Under the pieces are notes generated by a model that was not told the DNA's origin, did not search any database, and worked only from the letters and a program-made list of their open reading frames with translations. A stretch of DNA of 64,000 nt. Source: Anaerolineae bacterium. GTDB lineage: Bacteria; Chloroflexota; Anaerolineae; Aggregatilineales; J027. This document shows positions 25,810 to 35,850 of this stretch, piece after piece (position 1 is the stretch's first letter; every line of letters starts with the position of its first letter). A program made the translations under genes and the position numbers. The DNA lies in the NCBI GenBank assembly GCA_008933735.1, contig WBUL01000001.1:90057-154056 (forward strand), read 5' to 3'.

Positions 25810-27489
25810 ATGCGCTATTCAAGTTTGTTCGGCAAAACCACCTATGGGGATGCTCAGGACTCCAAATTTGCCAGCCATTCCTGGCTTGTCAAAGGGGGCT
25901 TTATCCGGGAGTCTTCAGCAGGGCGCTATTTTTTTCTGCCGCTGGGCTGGCGGGTCCATGAAAAAATTCGCGCCATCATCAAACAGGAGATGGACAGTGC
26001 AGGCGCCCAGGAGATGATAACGCCGATCCTGCACCCCCTCTCACTGTGGCAGGAAACCAACCGGGACTCATCCGTCGGGTTTGAACTCATGACAGTAGAG
26101 GACAGACGCGGGGCAGAATTTGCCCTCGGCGGCACGGCGGAAGAAATGATGGTGGACGTGGTACGGGGGTTTACGATCAGCTACCGTGACTTACCGTTTA
26201 ATATTTACCAATTTTCGACTAAATTCCGTGACGAGCTGCGAGCACGCGGCGGTTTGCTGCGCGTTCGGGAATTTGTCATGAAAGATGCCTATTCTTTTAA
26301 TCGCGGGCCGCAGGATTTTAAGCTGGAATACGACAATATGGCGCGAACCTATCATCGTATTTTCCAGCGTTTAGGGCTGAACGCCGTTATGGTAGAAGCA
26401 GATAACGGCTATATTGGCGGCGAGTACAGTCATGAGTTTGTGGTGGAATCCGAACTCGGAGAAAGCAGCTATTTTGTCTCAGAAGATGGCCGCTATGTCG
26501 CTCATGAGGATGTCGCAAAATTCAAGCGTGAACCTGTGAATCCCGATGACGATATCTTGCCCTTCCAGATCATTGAGCAGCCCGAATGGGTCAAAACCAT
26601 GGAGGACAATCAAAAACACTACGGTCTGCCCTATGCACACTATCTTAAAAATGTGGTCTACCGTCATGCCCAGACCAATGAAATCATCATTGCCACCATT
26701 CGGGGAGATTTAGAGGTCAATAAGACGAAGCTAGAGCAGGTTTTGAATGCTGTTGGGCTTCTGGTCGAGGCAACAGATGAAGATTTAGCGCGAATCGGCA
26801 CTCAGCGAGGATGGGTACACAGCTGGGGACATCCGGCACGCTACATTGGCGACCTCTCTTTGACCACCGTGAAAAACTTCATCGGCGGGCAGAAGGAAGC
26901 CACCACTGACTCCATCAACGTCAATTATGGGCGTGACTTTGAATGCGAGATGCTGGCAGACATCGCGCTGGCTCAGGATGGCTTTCTGACGGAAGACGGT
27001 TCTCAAAAACTTATCGAAAAACGCGGTATCGAAGTCGGGAATATTTTTCAGTTGGGTTATCACTACTCATCCAAAATGCAAGGCGCAGTCTACATTGATG
27101 AAGATGGCAAAGAAAAGCCGTTTTATATGGGATGCTATGGCATTGGCCTGGGGCGTACCCTTGCGGCGATTGTGGAACAGTACCATGATGATCGTGGTAT
27201 CTGCTGGCCTGAATCTGTTGCGCCGTTCGATGTACACCTCATTTCACTGCGCGGCGGCGAGGAAAAAGCGGTAGAACTCTACCAGAAACTGCGTGAAATC
27301 GGCGTGGATGTGCTGTGGGATGACCGTGACACTTCCCCTGGTGTGAAATTCAGCGATGCGGATATAGTAGGGATTCCGGTGCGATTGGTGATTTCAAAAA
27401 AAACCGGTGACTTCATTGAATACAAACGTCGCACCGAAAAAGAGGCTGAATTGCTGACCTGGGACGAGGTATTTGCTCGTTTGCTATGA
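25810..27489 (+). CDS. proS: Proline--tRNA ligase (bacterial type)
   Basis: The motifs are SHSWLVKGGFIRESSAGRYFFLPLGWRV, GGTAEEMM, SYRDLPFNIYQFSTKFRDELRARGGLLRVREFVMKDAYSF, and GCYGIGLGR at the C-terminal core. I chose the ATG at 25810 (MRYSSLFGK). The track extension runs through the terminator hairpin. Confidence 0.9.
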   Translation: MRYSSLFGKTTYGDAQDSKFASHSWLVKGGFIRESSAGRYFFLPLGWRVHEKIRAIIKQEMDSAGAQEMITPILHPLSLWQETNRDSSVGFELMTVEDRRGAEFALGGTAEEMMVDVVRGFTISYRDLPFNIYQFSTKFRDELRARGGLLRVREFVMKDAYSFNRGPQDFKLEYDNMARTYHRIFQRLGLNAVMVEADNGYIGGEYSHEFVVESELGESSYFVSEDGRYVAHEDVAKFKREPVNPDDDILPFQIIEQPEWVKTMEDNQKHYGLPYAHYLKNVVYRHAQTNEIIIATIRGDLEVNKTKLEQVLNAVGLLVEATDEDLARIGTQRGWVHSWGHPARYIGDLSLTTVKNFIGGQKEATTDSINVNYGRDFECEMLADIALAQDGFLTEDGSQKLIEKRGIEVGNIFQLGYHYSSKMQGAVYIDEDGKEKPFYMGCYGIGLGRTLAAIVEQYHDDRGICWPESVAPFDVHLISLRGGEEKAVELYQKLREIGVDVLWDDRDTSPGVKFSDADIVGIPVRLVISKKTGDFIEYKRRTEKEAELLTWDEVFARLL

Positions 27490-27575
27490 TCCCATGCAAA
27501 AATTGCGGACTTTGGTTCGCTTGAGGGTCGGACGGTTGCCCCCTATAATGACGAAGTGTTGGTGGAGAAGTAGCC

Positions 27576-28478
27576 TTGAATCGTCAAAATGTCCTGGTGG
27601 GGACTCTGCTGGTTTTTCTGGCAGCCGCCGCTTATGCGTGTCTGCCAATTTTTATTCGCAGTATCTACAAAGTTGAATCCATTCAAGCAGCGGATATTGC
27701 GGTATGGCGTTTTGTGTTCGCAGTAGCGCTGGTCTGGCCCGTATTGTTTATGAGTGGACAGGGAGAAAGCGTCCGCCAGTTATCCCGCCCTCAGACTGGG
27801 GTTCTATTGGGACTGGGGGGCCTGTTTTCCGTCTCTGGCGTGACATCCGCGCTGGCACTAGAACGTGTTCCCGCATCAACCTACACACTGCTGCTTTATA
27901 CCTATCCGGCAATGGTGGCGGTGCTGTCATTTGCGCTTGGCGAAATCCTGCCTATCAACAAGTGGCTGGCGGTTGGGCTGGCCCTTTTGGGTTGTGCACT
28001 GACTGTCAGCGGCCCGATCAAAATCAAAAATCCGCTGGACATCGCCTTCCCGTTTATCAACGCTTTTGCCTACGCGGTCTATCTGATTATCGCGGGGCGG
28101 TATAACCGGGTATCCGGCATGGCCTCTGGCGTGGTCAGCATGTCGGGGACGCTGATTGCCCTTGTGATTCTGATTCCATTTTGGGGTATCCATACGCCAC
28201 AAACAACAGAAGGCTGGTTGTATATCGCTGGTCTTGGCATCATCTCAACAGTGCTGCCCATTACTCTGATGTTTAAAGGCATTTCTATGATTGGTGCTTC
28301 CAATGCTGCGATTCTCAGCACGCTTGAGCCCATCATCACCGTATTTCTTGCCGCGCTGATTCTCAGCGAAGACATCAGCCCTTTGCAGTTGGCCGGCGGA
28401 GGTCTCATTATTGCCAGCGTTGTGCTCCTGCATTTGCCCATGCGCCGCCGCCTGCATCGAGCCGCAGTCAACGTCTGA
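27576..28478 (+). CDS. DMT-superfamily (EamA-like) transporter
   Basis: It has about 10 predicted TM segments in two EamA-like halves and a TTG start. Confidence 0.75.
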   Translation: MNRQNVLVGTLLVFLAAAAYACLPIFIRSIYKVESIQAADIAVWRFVFAVALVWPVLFMSGQGESVRQLSRPQTGVLLGLGGLFSVSGVTSALALERVPASTYTLLLYTYPAMVAVLSFALGEILPINKWLAVGLALLGCALTVSGPIKIKNPLDIAFPFINAFAYAVYLIIAGRYNRVSGMASGVVSMSGTLIALVILIPFWGIHTPQTTEGWLYIAGLGIISTVLPITLMFKGISMIGASNAAILSTLEPIITVFLAALILSEDISPLQLAGGGLIIASVVLLHLPMRRRLHRAAVNV

Positions 28479-30060
28479 CACGGGCCAGAACCATTCTGGG
28501 GACAGCACGTGCTTCTTCAATCTTCAAAAGCAGTGCCATCCCCCAGAAACTCGCCCCGCCAAGCCCGATCCCAACCACGAGCAGCACCAGCGTGGGCAAA
28601 TGATCTGCCAGCAGAAGCCATCCGACTGTTACCGCTGCCATTCCCAGCGCGGCTGCCGTCATCCGAAGCGTTCGGTTAGCCAATCGGTACGTTTTAAGAA
28701 CAGGTAAACGGCGCTGAAGCAGCAGCCACAGCGCTGTACTTTCAATCGCTGTCGCAACCGACATCGAGAGTGCCAATCCACCAAATGCGCCCCGTGCAAA
28801 ATCTGTGTCTGAACCCAGTACGCGGATAAAAATCAGGCTCAGGGTAATATTTAAGATCATGGTTGCGCCGCCAATTTTTACAGGTGTCCAGGTATCGTGC
28901 AGCGCATAAAAAGCACGTGCCAGAATTTCCAGCGCGGCATGACCCGCCAACCCGATTCCAAACAGCGCCAGCGCCCACGCTGTCCCGGCTGTATCGGTAG
29001 CTGTCCATTCACCACGCTCAAATAACACAGTCACAATGGGATCAGACAGCACTACCAGACCCAAACCTGCTGGAATACTCAAAAACAGCACGCTGGCAAG
29101 CGCCCCGGTCAGTGTCCTGGCAAAAGCCTGTTCATCACCTTCACTGTGCAGACGGGAAAGCGTAGGGAAAACAGCCGTCCCGATGCTCTGCCCAATGATG
29201 CCCAGAATCGTAAACATGAGCGTGAAGGCAGTTTGCAGCGCGGTCAGGCTGCCCGCCATCATACCGCTGGTCAGGGCCGCATTGACCCAGAAATTCACCT
29301 GGACAACACCCAGGCCCAACACACGCGGCCCCATCAGCAGCAGCACCTCCATCACACCAGGAACACGCCAATCTACCAATGGGACAATGTGGAGATGTTC
29401 TAACTTTCGCAGCGCGGGTAACTGCACCCCGGCATGAAATATCGCCCCCACAACCGCGCCCCATGCCAACCCATGAATCCCCATTGATGGTGCCAGCAGC
29501 AGCGCCCCAAAAATTAAACCGAGGTTATACATGCTGGGCGCAAGGGCAGGGGTCAGGAAATGTTGATGGGCGTTTAAAATGCCCATTATGAGGCCAGAGG
29601 TGCCAAAAATCACGACGGTTATCAGCATAATCCGCATGAGTTCTGTGGTGAGATTCTGTGATGACTGTGGGGCATCGGGGATCAGAATGTAGTCAACCAC
29701 CTCACCAGCAAAAATAAACATGACAGCACTGACCAGAATCGCCGCCAGCACCACCAGGGTAAGCACCGTACTGGCAAGCTTCCAGGCCCCCCCATAATCA
29801 CTTTTTGCCAGAAAGCTGGAAAACACAGGAATAAACGCCGACCCCAGCGCGCCACCTGCAACCAGAACAAACAGTGTTTCCGGCACACGCAGCGCCGCGT
29901 TAAACGCATCTAGCTGCCGCCCTGCACCAAACGCCGAAGCGATCACCATTTGACGGATCAGACCCAATGCCCCACTCGCCATCAACCCCAGCACAATCGT
30001 GCTGGCGGCCTGTGCTAATTGGCTGCTGCTTAACGCCTTGCCGACTGGATTGGGAGTCAT
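28468..30060 (-). CDS. murJ: Lipid II flippase MurJ (MviN family)
   Basis: It is a 530-aa polytopic protein. The N-terminus LGLIRQMVIASAFGAGRQLDAFNAALRVPETLF is characteristic of MurJ. Confidence 0.85.
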   Translation of the reverse strand: MTPNPVGKALSSSQLAQAASTIVLGLMASGALGLIRQMVIASAFGAGRQLDAFNAALRVPETLFVLVAGGALGSAFIPVFSSFLAKSDYGGAWKLASTVLTLVVLAAILVSAVMFIFAGEVVDYILIPDAPQSSQNLTTELMRIMLITVVIFGTSGLIMGILNAHQHFLTPALAPSMYNLGLIFGALLLAPSMGIHGLAWGAVVGAIFHAGVQLPALRKLEHLHIVPLVDWRVPGVMEVLLLMGPRVLGLGVVQVNFWVNAALTSGMMAGSLTALQTAFTLMFTILGIIGQSIGTAVFPTLSRLHSEGDEQAFARTLTGALASVLFLSIPAGLGLVVLSDPIVTVLFERGEWTATDTAGTAWALALFGIGLAGHAALEILARAFYALHDTWTPVKIGGATMILNITLSLIFIRVLGSDTDFARGAFGGLALSMSVATAIESTALWLLLQRRLPVLKTYRLANRTLRMTAAALGMAAVTVGWLLLADHLPTLVLLVVGIGLGGASFWGMALLLKIEEARAVPRMVLARVRR

Positions 30061-30506
30061 TCAGTTTTGCCTTCAAGTATCAATTTCAGGGTGGCAAAAT
30101 CTGCTTCCAACTGCCGGCGAATCAGCCGGCCTGTAATGAGTTTTGCGATGAGATTTGGGATCAATTTATCTGGCCCGGCTTCCTCATCATAAGTCAGAAG
30201 TGTGCCATCACCATTCGCTTCAAAGGTATAAACACCACTGATCGGATACTGCCCCCCTTTGCGCCGGAATGCCATACTTTGATTAGGCTCAAAGACAGTG
30301 ATTTCAAAGAACATTTCCTGATTGGTCTCCCCCCGCAGCCTAAAAAGCTGGCGGTAAACACTCCCTACCCCAAGTTCACCTTCTGAGGTTTTTCCCGCCT
30401 CCGAGACCACATCCAACCACTGCACTGTGTTGGCAGGCTCCACCACAAAGGCGAATACAGTTTCCACCGGGCGGTTAATTTGTACCTGAATTTTGTTTTT
30501 TATCAT
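30057..30506 (-). CDS. SRPBCC (START/Bet v1-like) superfamily protein
   Basis: I chose the ATG at 30506, which has GGAG upstream (MIKNKIQVQINRPVETVFAFVVEPANTVQW). It overlaps the murJ start by 4 nt. Confidence 0.55.
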   Translation of the reverse strand: MIKNKIQVQINRPVETVFAFVVEPANTVQWLDVVSEAGKTSEGELGVGSVYRQLFRLRGETNQEMFFEITVFEPNQSMAFRRKGGQYPISGVYTFEANGDGTLLTYDEEAGPDKLIPNLIAKLITGRLIRRQLEADFATLKLILEGKTE

Positions 30507-30601
30507 GATTTTTCTCCGGTGCATTATTTTAGCGGGCACGAATAACACCGTTAAGGGGCTTAAAATTTCATTATTTTGCACATACAATATTTCTAAAGAG
30601 T

Positions 30602-31321
30602 ATGATAGAGGAAGCACGAATGCTGGAAAAACGTCCTTTTAAAGTCTGGTCCCCGGAAGAACACGACACCTGGCGGATGCTGTACGAGCGCCAGTGTGAG
30701 CGTGTGAAAAAGCTGGCCTCCAGAGCCTATTATCTGGAAGGGTTTGAAAAGCTCAGGCTCACTTCTGACCGTATTCCTGACTTTTACCGCTTGGATGAGG
30801 TCTACCAGCGGGAAGTCGGCTGGGAATTGTTCAGTACGGATACCCAGTTCGCCGATGGGCAGGACTGGTTTGAGCATCTCGCCCGTAAGGAATTTATGAT
30901 CACCGAGTATATCCGCGACAAAAGTGACCTGGATTATACACCCCTCCCTGATGTGTGGCATGATACCTTTGGACATTTGCCATTGATGCTCAACCAACGG
31001 TATGCACATTTGGTGTACGACTTTGCCCACAAGATGTTGAAGTACAGCAAAGAAGAACGCAAAGGCATGGGCAGCATCTGGTGGTATACGATTGAGTTTG
31101 GCCTGATTCGGGAAGAGGGAGAAATTAAGATTCTGGGGGCTGGATTGGCTTCCTCATATGGCGAATCGGTTCATGCCCTTTCCGGTGCGGTGGACTTACG
31201 CCCGTTTGACCCAGACTATATTGCAACCATCAAACCCAGCCCGCATGAATTTCACAAGGAACTGTTCATTCTGGACTCATTTGAGCAGTTTGAAGATTTC
31301 GTTAACCACTGGGATGCTTAA
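30602..31321 (+). CDS. phhA: Phenylalanine 4-monooxygenase (pterin-dependent aromatic amino acid hydroxylase)
   Basis: The iron-ligand region is PDVWHDTFGHLPLM, and WWYTIEFGLI is typical of bacterial PhhA. An alternative ATG lies at 30620. Confidence 0.85.
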   Translation: MIEEARMLEKRPFKVWSPEEHDTWRMLYERQCERVKKLASRAYYLEGFEKLRLTSDRIPDFYRLDEVYQREVGWELFSTDTQFADGQDWFEHLARKEFMITEYIRDKSDLDYTPLPDVWHDTFGHLPLMLNQRYAHLVYDFAHKMLKYSKEERKGMGSIWWYTIEFGLIREEGEIKILGAGLASSYGESVHALSGAVDLRPFDPDYIATIKPSPHEFHKELFILDSFEQFEDFVNHWDA

Positions 31322-31349
31322 GCATATTTAACCCGTGCCCCTCAACTCT

Positions 31350-31874
31350 TTAGGCGAGGGGCCTGGATAAATCCAGTCGAATGTCCTGGCGCAGTGTTAA
31401 TTCTTCATGCGGCAGTGATTTAGCGATTTTTAACAGTGTGCGGCCATCCTCTGGATGCACGTAATCCGGCGCAAGCTCCGCCAGCGGGACAGCCAGATGT
31501 GCCTCGTGGACAATTTTCCGATCCGGCACGTGCCAGGGCTTGGGCCCAAAATCAAAGCTCTCTTGGTTCCACAATAAAATATCCAGATCGATGGTAATAA
31601 CGTGGAATCCAGCCTGCATTCCAGGGCGTTCACGCCCTAACCGCTGCTCAATCTGGCCCAGAATGTCACTCCGAAATTCGGATGGGCACAGGTTCGTTCG
31701 TAATTCCGCCACCGCGTCCAGAAAATTAGCCTGGTAAATTTCTCCAACTGGCGCACTTTCGTAAACCGAAGAGATCGCTTCAACCCTGCTTTTTTCCTGG
31801 AGAAGCGCTAAACCGGCAGGCAGATTTTTCTCAGGCTCGTGGTTGCTGCTGAGAAGCACAAAAACCCTATTCAA
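31350..31874 (-). CDS. folK: Divergent 2-amino-4-hydroxy-6-hydroxymethyldihydropteridine diphosphokinase (HPPK)-like protein
   Basis: The pattern matches the HPPK layout: VLLSSN...SSVYESAPVG...ANFLDAVAEL.T.L.P.E...IEQRLGRER...ITIDLDILLW...PL.ELAPDYVHPEDG. Several canonical residues differ. Confidence 0.55.
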   Translation of the reverse strand: MNRVFVLLSSNHEPEKNLPAGLALLQEKSRVEAISSVYESAPVGEIYQANFLDAVAELRTNLCPSEFRSDILGQIEQRLGRERPGMQAGFHVITIDLDILLWNQESFDFGPKPWHVPDRKIVHEAHLAVPLAELAPDYVHPEDGRTLLKIAKSLPHEELTLRQDIRLDLSRPLA

Positions 31875-31917
31875 GGTTCGAAATCCTCAGACTGTGTATG
31901 ATTAGATTTTGACATAC

Positions 31918-33258
31918 TTAATCGGCAACAGCACTCAAAATCATATCATGTTTGACGTTTTCAGGGTCAGGTGTTATGGCTCGATGATCGACTTGATAGA
32001 GTACAAATAGGGACAGAACCAGCAGGATGGCCTCAATGCCAAAAATGACACCGTAGGCGGTGGGATCGTGGTCAAACACAGCAGCAAAGAGGTCAAATAG
32101 AATGGTACCAGCCAGCACCCCACCCCCCCGCCATAGCGTAACCATCAGTGTCCATACGCCTAAGTCCAGGCCTGCTTTGCTTTCGCGGGTATTTTCAACC
32201 ATCAAACCGAGTGTACCAATATTCCACAGCCCATATCCGGTGCCAAGCAGCAGCAGGGAAGGATACAGCAGCGATTTCAGTTCAGCAAATGCAGTGATAT
32301 TGAGCAGCATAAAAGTGGCAATCATCAAGATCACGCCCCCCTGGGTGAAACGACGGTAGCCAATCCCTGGGAACATACGATAAGCCAACAGCGTTATCCC
32401 GGAAAATAAGATCGCCATTGTTCCCCAGTAGGCCTGGAAGCGTGTCGTATCGCCAACAGGCAGGTCAAATACATCCCCGCCGAAAGGTTCAAGGAGAGCG
32501 TCCTGCATGAAGGCGGCTACAAAACTTAATACCATAAACCAGGCCAGCATTCGCGCCGAATGATTTTCCAGCAGACCGCGCACTTCCTGCATGAAGGGCA
32601 GGCGCTTTTCCTCTGGAGGCTCGACCGAAAGCTCTTCCTCCGTGAGGGCCTGCTCCTCTCCCCACAGCGCAAACAACCAGATTCCGATCATTAACACACC
32701 AACTGTGACAAAAAATGTCACAAATGTGTTTTCCTCATATTCCGGCAGCAAATGAGCAAATAGGATTCCCGCAATCGCATATCCTGCCAGTAAAAATGTC
32801 CAGACAATCCCTATCGCACGCCCTCGCTGGTTTTCAGCCGCACGGTCATAAACCAGAGCCAGAAAGGTGCTGCCCGAAATGCTGTAACCGAGACTCGAAA
32901 TGATGAACCCCAGGACGACCCCCAACCACCATGCGCTGCCATGACGCACCAGTGCAACCGTCGATAAGGCGACCAGCAGATAGCCCATCACCATCATCAA
33001 CCTCCCACCCCATACCCAGGGCAAGCGTCGATAGCCGCGGAAATTCGTGTAATCGGAACGCTGACCTGCCCAGGTGGCAAGCGGCGCCATAAAGTAGCGT
33101 AGTGCAAGCAAGAGGCCGACCGGTGTAGCTGCATAGCCGAGGTCTTGAATCATCACGCGATTCCAGACCCCCGATCCCAGGACATCGGCCATCGTTGAAC
33201 CAATATGAAACGTCCCGATTTTCAGGTTGCGGATAATTGAGAGGTTTTTATGTTCCAT
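31918..33258 (-). CDS. MFS transporter of the PucC/LhaA (BCD) type
   Basis: The N-terminal signature is VWNRVMIQDLGYAATPVGLLLALRYFMAPLATWAGQRSD...GYRRLPWVWGG. It has about 12 TM segments. Confidence 0.7.
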   Translation of the reverse strand: MEHKNLSIIRNLKIGTFHIGSTMADVLGSGVWNRVMIQDLGYAATPVGLLLALRYFMAPLATWAGQRSDYTNFRGYRRLPWVWGGRLMMVMGYLLVALSTVALVRHGSAWWLGVVLGFIISSLGYSISGSTFLALVYDRAAENQRGRAIGIVWTFLLAGYAIAGILFAHLLPEYEENTFVTFFVTVGVLMIGIWLFALWGEEQALTEEELSVEPPEEKRLPFMQEVRGLLENHSARMLAWFMVLSFVAAFMQDALLEPFGGDVFDLPVGDTTRFQAYWGTMAILFSGITLLAYRMFPGIGYRRFTQGGVILMIATFMLLNITAFAELKSLLYPSLLLLGTGYGLWNIGTLGLMVENTRESKAGLDLGVWTLMVTLWRGGGVLAGTILFDLFAAVFDHDPTAYGVIFGIEAILLVLSLFVLYQVDHRAITPDPENVKHDMILSAVAD

Positions 33259-33390
33259 TCAGACCGTCAAAGTTGAGTAGAGATAGTTAGATTATATGAG
33301 ATTTAGGTAGGTTTGTCCAAGCAGACTTGCATCGCCCTGCTCCCCCGCTATAATTTGCTGCCTGTTGTTTCTTAATGGTCAGGAAACCCC

Positions 33391-35850
33391 ATGCTCCTGT
33401 TTGTAACACTGGTCTGGCTTGTCTTTGGTTTTGCTGTCGCCCGATACTTCCTCCAACAACACACCTGGTTCACCCTCCTTCCTATGAGTCTGGGTCTTGG
33501 GCTTACCCTGCAAACCCTGATGCTTAATCTGCTGCTGTATCCGCTGGATGCACTCACTGGATACTGGGTGAGTGTCGTGCTGAGCGGCACAATTGCCCTG
33601 ATCCTGTTCGTCTGGCAGCGAAAAGATGTCCAGCCAATTTCACTGGGGGCCTCACCGCTGGTTTTCGGACTGACTTTCGGCGCGGTATTGTTCATCTGGG
33701 TCTGGACACTGCCTGCCCTGTTTCGTTTTGAGTATTACGACCAGGAGTGGCATTACCCCCTCGCCGGAACTATCGCCGCCGGCGGGCTGCCCGTTCGCAT
33801 GTCTCTAAACCCCGATTACTGCCCGTTTTACCACTATGCCCCTGATTTGCTGGCAGGGACGATTTTTCGCGTTGCCAGAACCAGGATGTCAACTACTTAT
33901 GACTGGATAAATGCCGCATTTGTCCTGGCTTTCCTCGGTCTAGCGGCGAATGTCGTCAGATCGATCAGTCAGCGCCGCTCCCTGTTTGTGGGATGGCTGG
34001 GTATGGCTTTGTTTTTTCTCTACGGACATGCCGCCTGGATGGAGCTCCCGTTTTACAATGAAACAGTGCGTGAGTGGACGGCTGACATGCCTGCGTTCAA
34101 ATACTTCCACGAACGTGCGGAGGATATACGCCCGACGGTACTCAATGGAGGTTTTACCTTTACACAGGCGGCCTTTGTCCATACGAATGTGGGATTTCTT
34201 CATACACACAGCATCAATGTTGGATTAACCTGCATCATGCTGATCCTCTTGCTGATGCTGGATAAAAAGCCGGGAACACCCGGCACCGCATCGCACTGGA
34301 TCACTGTCGGCTTAATATTGGGGCTGCTGCCCCTTGCCTTTGAGACACTCTGGCCAGTACCGCTGGCGGCGATTGGCTTTTACGGGTTATACCTGCTCTT
34401 CACGGAAAAGGAACACTGGCGGCGTTTGACCGCACACGGAATGCTCATTTTCGCCCCTGCAATTGTGCTAGGGATATTTCAAGGGGGTGCCATCACCGAC
34501 GCACTCTTCTGTCAGGAAGACGGGCTTGGCCTTACCAGTGAAGGAGAACCCCTCACAACCGTGAGTTTCCCATCTGGCCCCGGTTACTATACCTGGCATA
34601 TAAGAGAGGACAACGATTACGTGGCTCTGGATGAGGTCAAAAATTGGCCGCGTGCTTTAGATGAATTTGGGATTGTTGTTCTGCTCTACCCTTTCATCCT
34701 GTATCACTACGCCGTGCGGCGGAGACATCCTTTTGCAACGGCATTTACCGTTGCAGCAATCCTGCCTGTGCTGGGAATACTCATCACTGATTTTGAGGTC
34801 ATCCGGGTAAACAGCACACGACTGGGGTCTGTGCCCCTGACCTTGCTGGCATTGATGGCTGCCGATTGGTTGGATTGGGAATGGCAGCAAGGGCGAAAAC
34901 TGCTGGTGATCGGGCTGGTGGCAGGAATGTGTTTTACGGGCGTGTTTTCTCTCTTCGGCAAGGCAGTACACTCACCCGATCCCGGTAACGAGGAAGACAG
35001 GAAATACGGAAACGCTGCTCTGTTCGCCGAATTAGACGAAAAAGTGCAGGAAAAGTGGTTCGGGAAGGTCGGTGAACGTGAACAGATCATCCTCGATATG
35101 TACAGCAGCCCTATCACATATATCCGTCCCAGCGTGCTGCTCGGCCATTACACCCTGTTTCTGGAGTCCCGTTCAGACTGGACAATCCTCCCCTATATTG
35201 CTGCCCTGCGCGAATTTCCCGATCCTGATTTTCTGAGGGCATTCAATATCGAATACATTTATCTCGACGAGGTCTGGTGGCGAAATGCTTACCCACAGGC
35301 CATCGCTCTGATCGAAAATCCCGCCTATTTTGAGGAGATTTTTACCGAAACGGATGGCGAAGCATTCCGCAAACTGTACCGCGTGGTTGAGTCCGAATCT
35401 GATCACCAACCGATCAATCTCGATGAAGCTCGCCTGATTCCTGCCCAATACTTTCTGGCAATTTTTAATTGGCCGGAGATTGTGCCGCCAGGAGCAGCCA
35501 TCTTTCATCCCGGCTTCTCGCTTGCACCCTATCTCAAAGACCATCTGCCCGGACTAAAAATTCAGAGCGATCTGGATGTGCCCGCGCAGTCAGCAATTGA
35601 TCAGTGGCGCGAGACGAAACTGCCGGACGGATTACGCGAAGCTGGGTTTGAGTATCTTTACCTGGACAGCCTCTGGTTCACATTTGCAAGTGATGCCGAT
35701 GTTAAGACCATAGATGAAAACTACACGCTGGCGTTTGAAATGAAACTCAACTCCAATGGGGCTTTTTTCCGGGTTTATCACGTGCCTGCGGCTACCGGGC
35801 AAAACGTAAATCTTCCTGCAAAATACGCTGCAAGCCATCTCGCAAAGTGA
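33391..35850 (+). CDS. Large polytopic membrane protein (819 aa), unknown function, possibly GT-C-like
   Basis: The N-terminal ~500 aa contain many hydrophobic segments, followed by a soluble C-terminal ~300 aa. No diagnostic motif is recognised. Confidence 0.45.
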   Translation: MLLFVTLVWLVFGFAVARYFLQQHTWFTLLPMSLGLGLTLQTLMLNLLLYPLDALTGYWVSVVLSGTIALILFVWQRKDVQPISLGASPLVFGLTFGAVLFIWVWTLPALFRFEYYDQEWHYPLAGTIAAGGLPVRMSLNPDYCPFYHYAPDLLAGTIFRVARTRMSTTYDWINAAFVLAFLGLAANVVRSISQRRSLFVGWLGMALFFLYGHAAWMELPFYNETVREWTADMPAFKYFHERAEDIRPTVLNGGFTFTQAAFVHTNVGFLHTHSINVGLTCIMLILLLMLDKKPGTPGTASHWITVGLILGLLPLAFETLWPVPLAAIGFYGLYLLFTEKEHWRRLTAHGMLIFAPAIVLGIFQGGAITDALFCQEDGLGLTSEGEPLTTVSFPSGPGYYTWHIREDNDYVALDEVKNWPRALDEFGIVVLLYPFILYHYAVRRRHPFATAFTVAAILPVLGILITDFEVIRVNSTRLGSVPLTLLALMAADWLDWEWQQGRKLLVIGLVAGMCFTGVFSLFGKAVHSPDPGNEEDRKYGNAALFAELDEKVQEKWFGKVGEREQIILDMYSSPITYIRPSVLLGHYTLFLESRSDWTILPYIAALREFPDPDFLRAFNIEYIYLDEVWWRNAYPQAIALIENPAYFEEIFTETDGEAFRKLYRVVESESDHQPINLDEARLIPAQYFLAIFNWPEIVPPGAAIFHPGFSLAPYLKDHLPGLKIQSDLDVPAQSAIDQWRETKLPDGLREAGFEYLYLDSLWFTFASDADVKTIDENYTLAFEMKLNSNGAFFRVYHVPAATGQNVNLPAKYAASHLAK

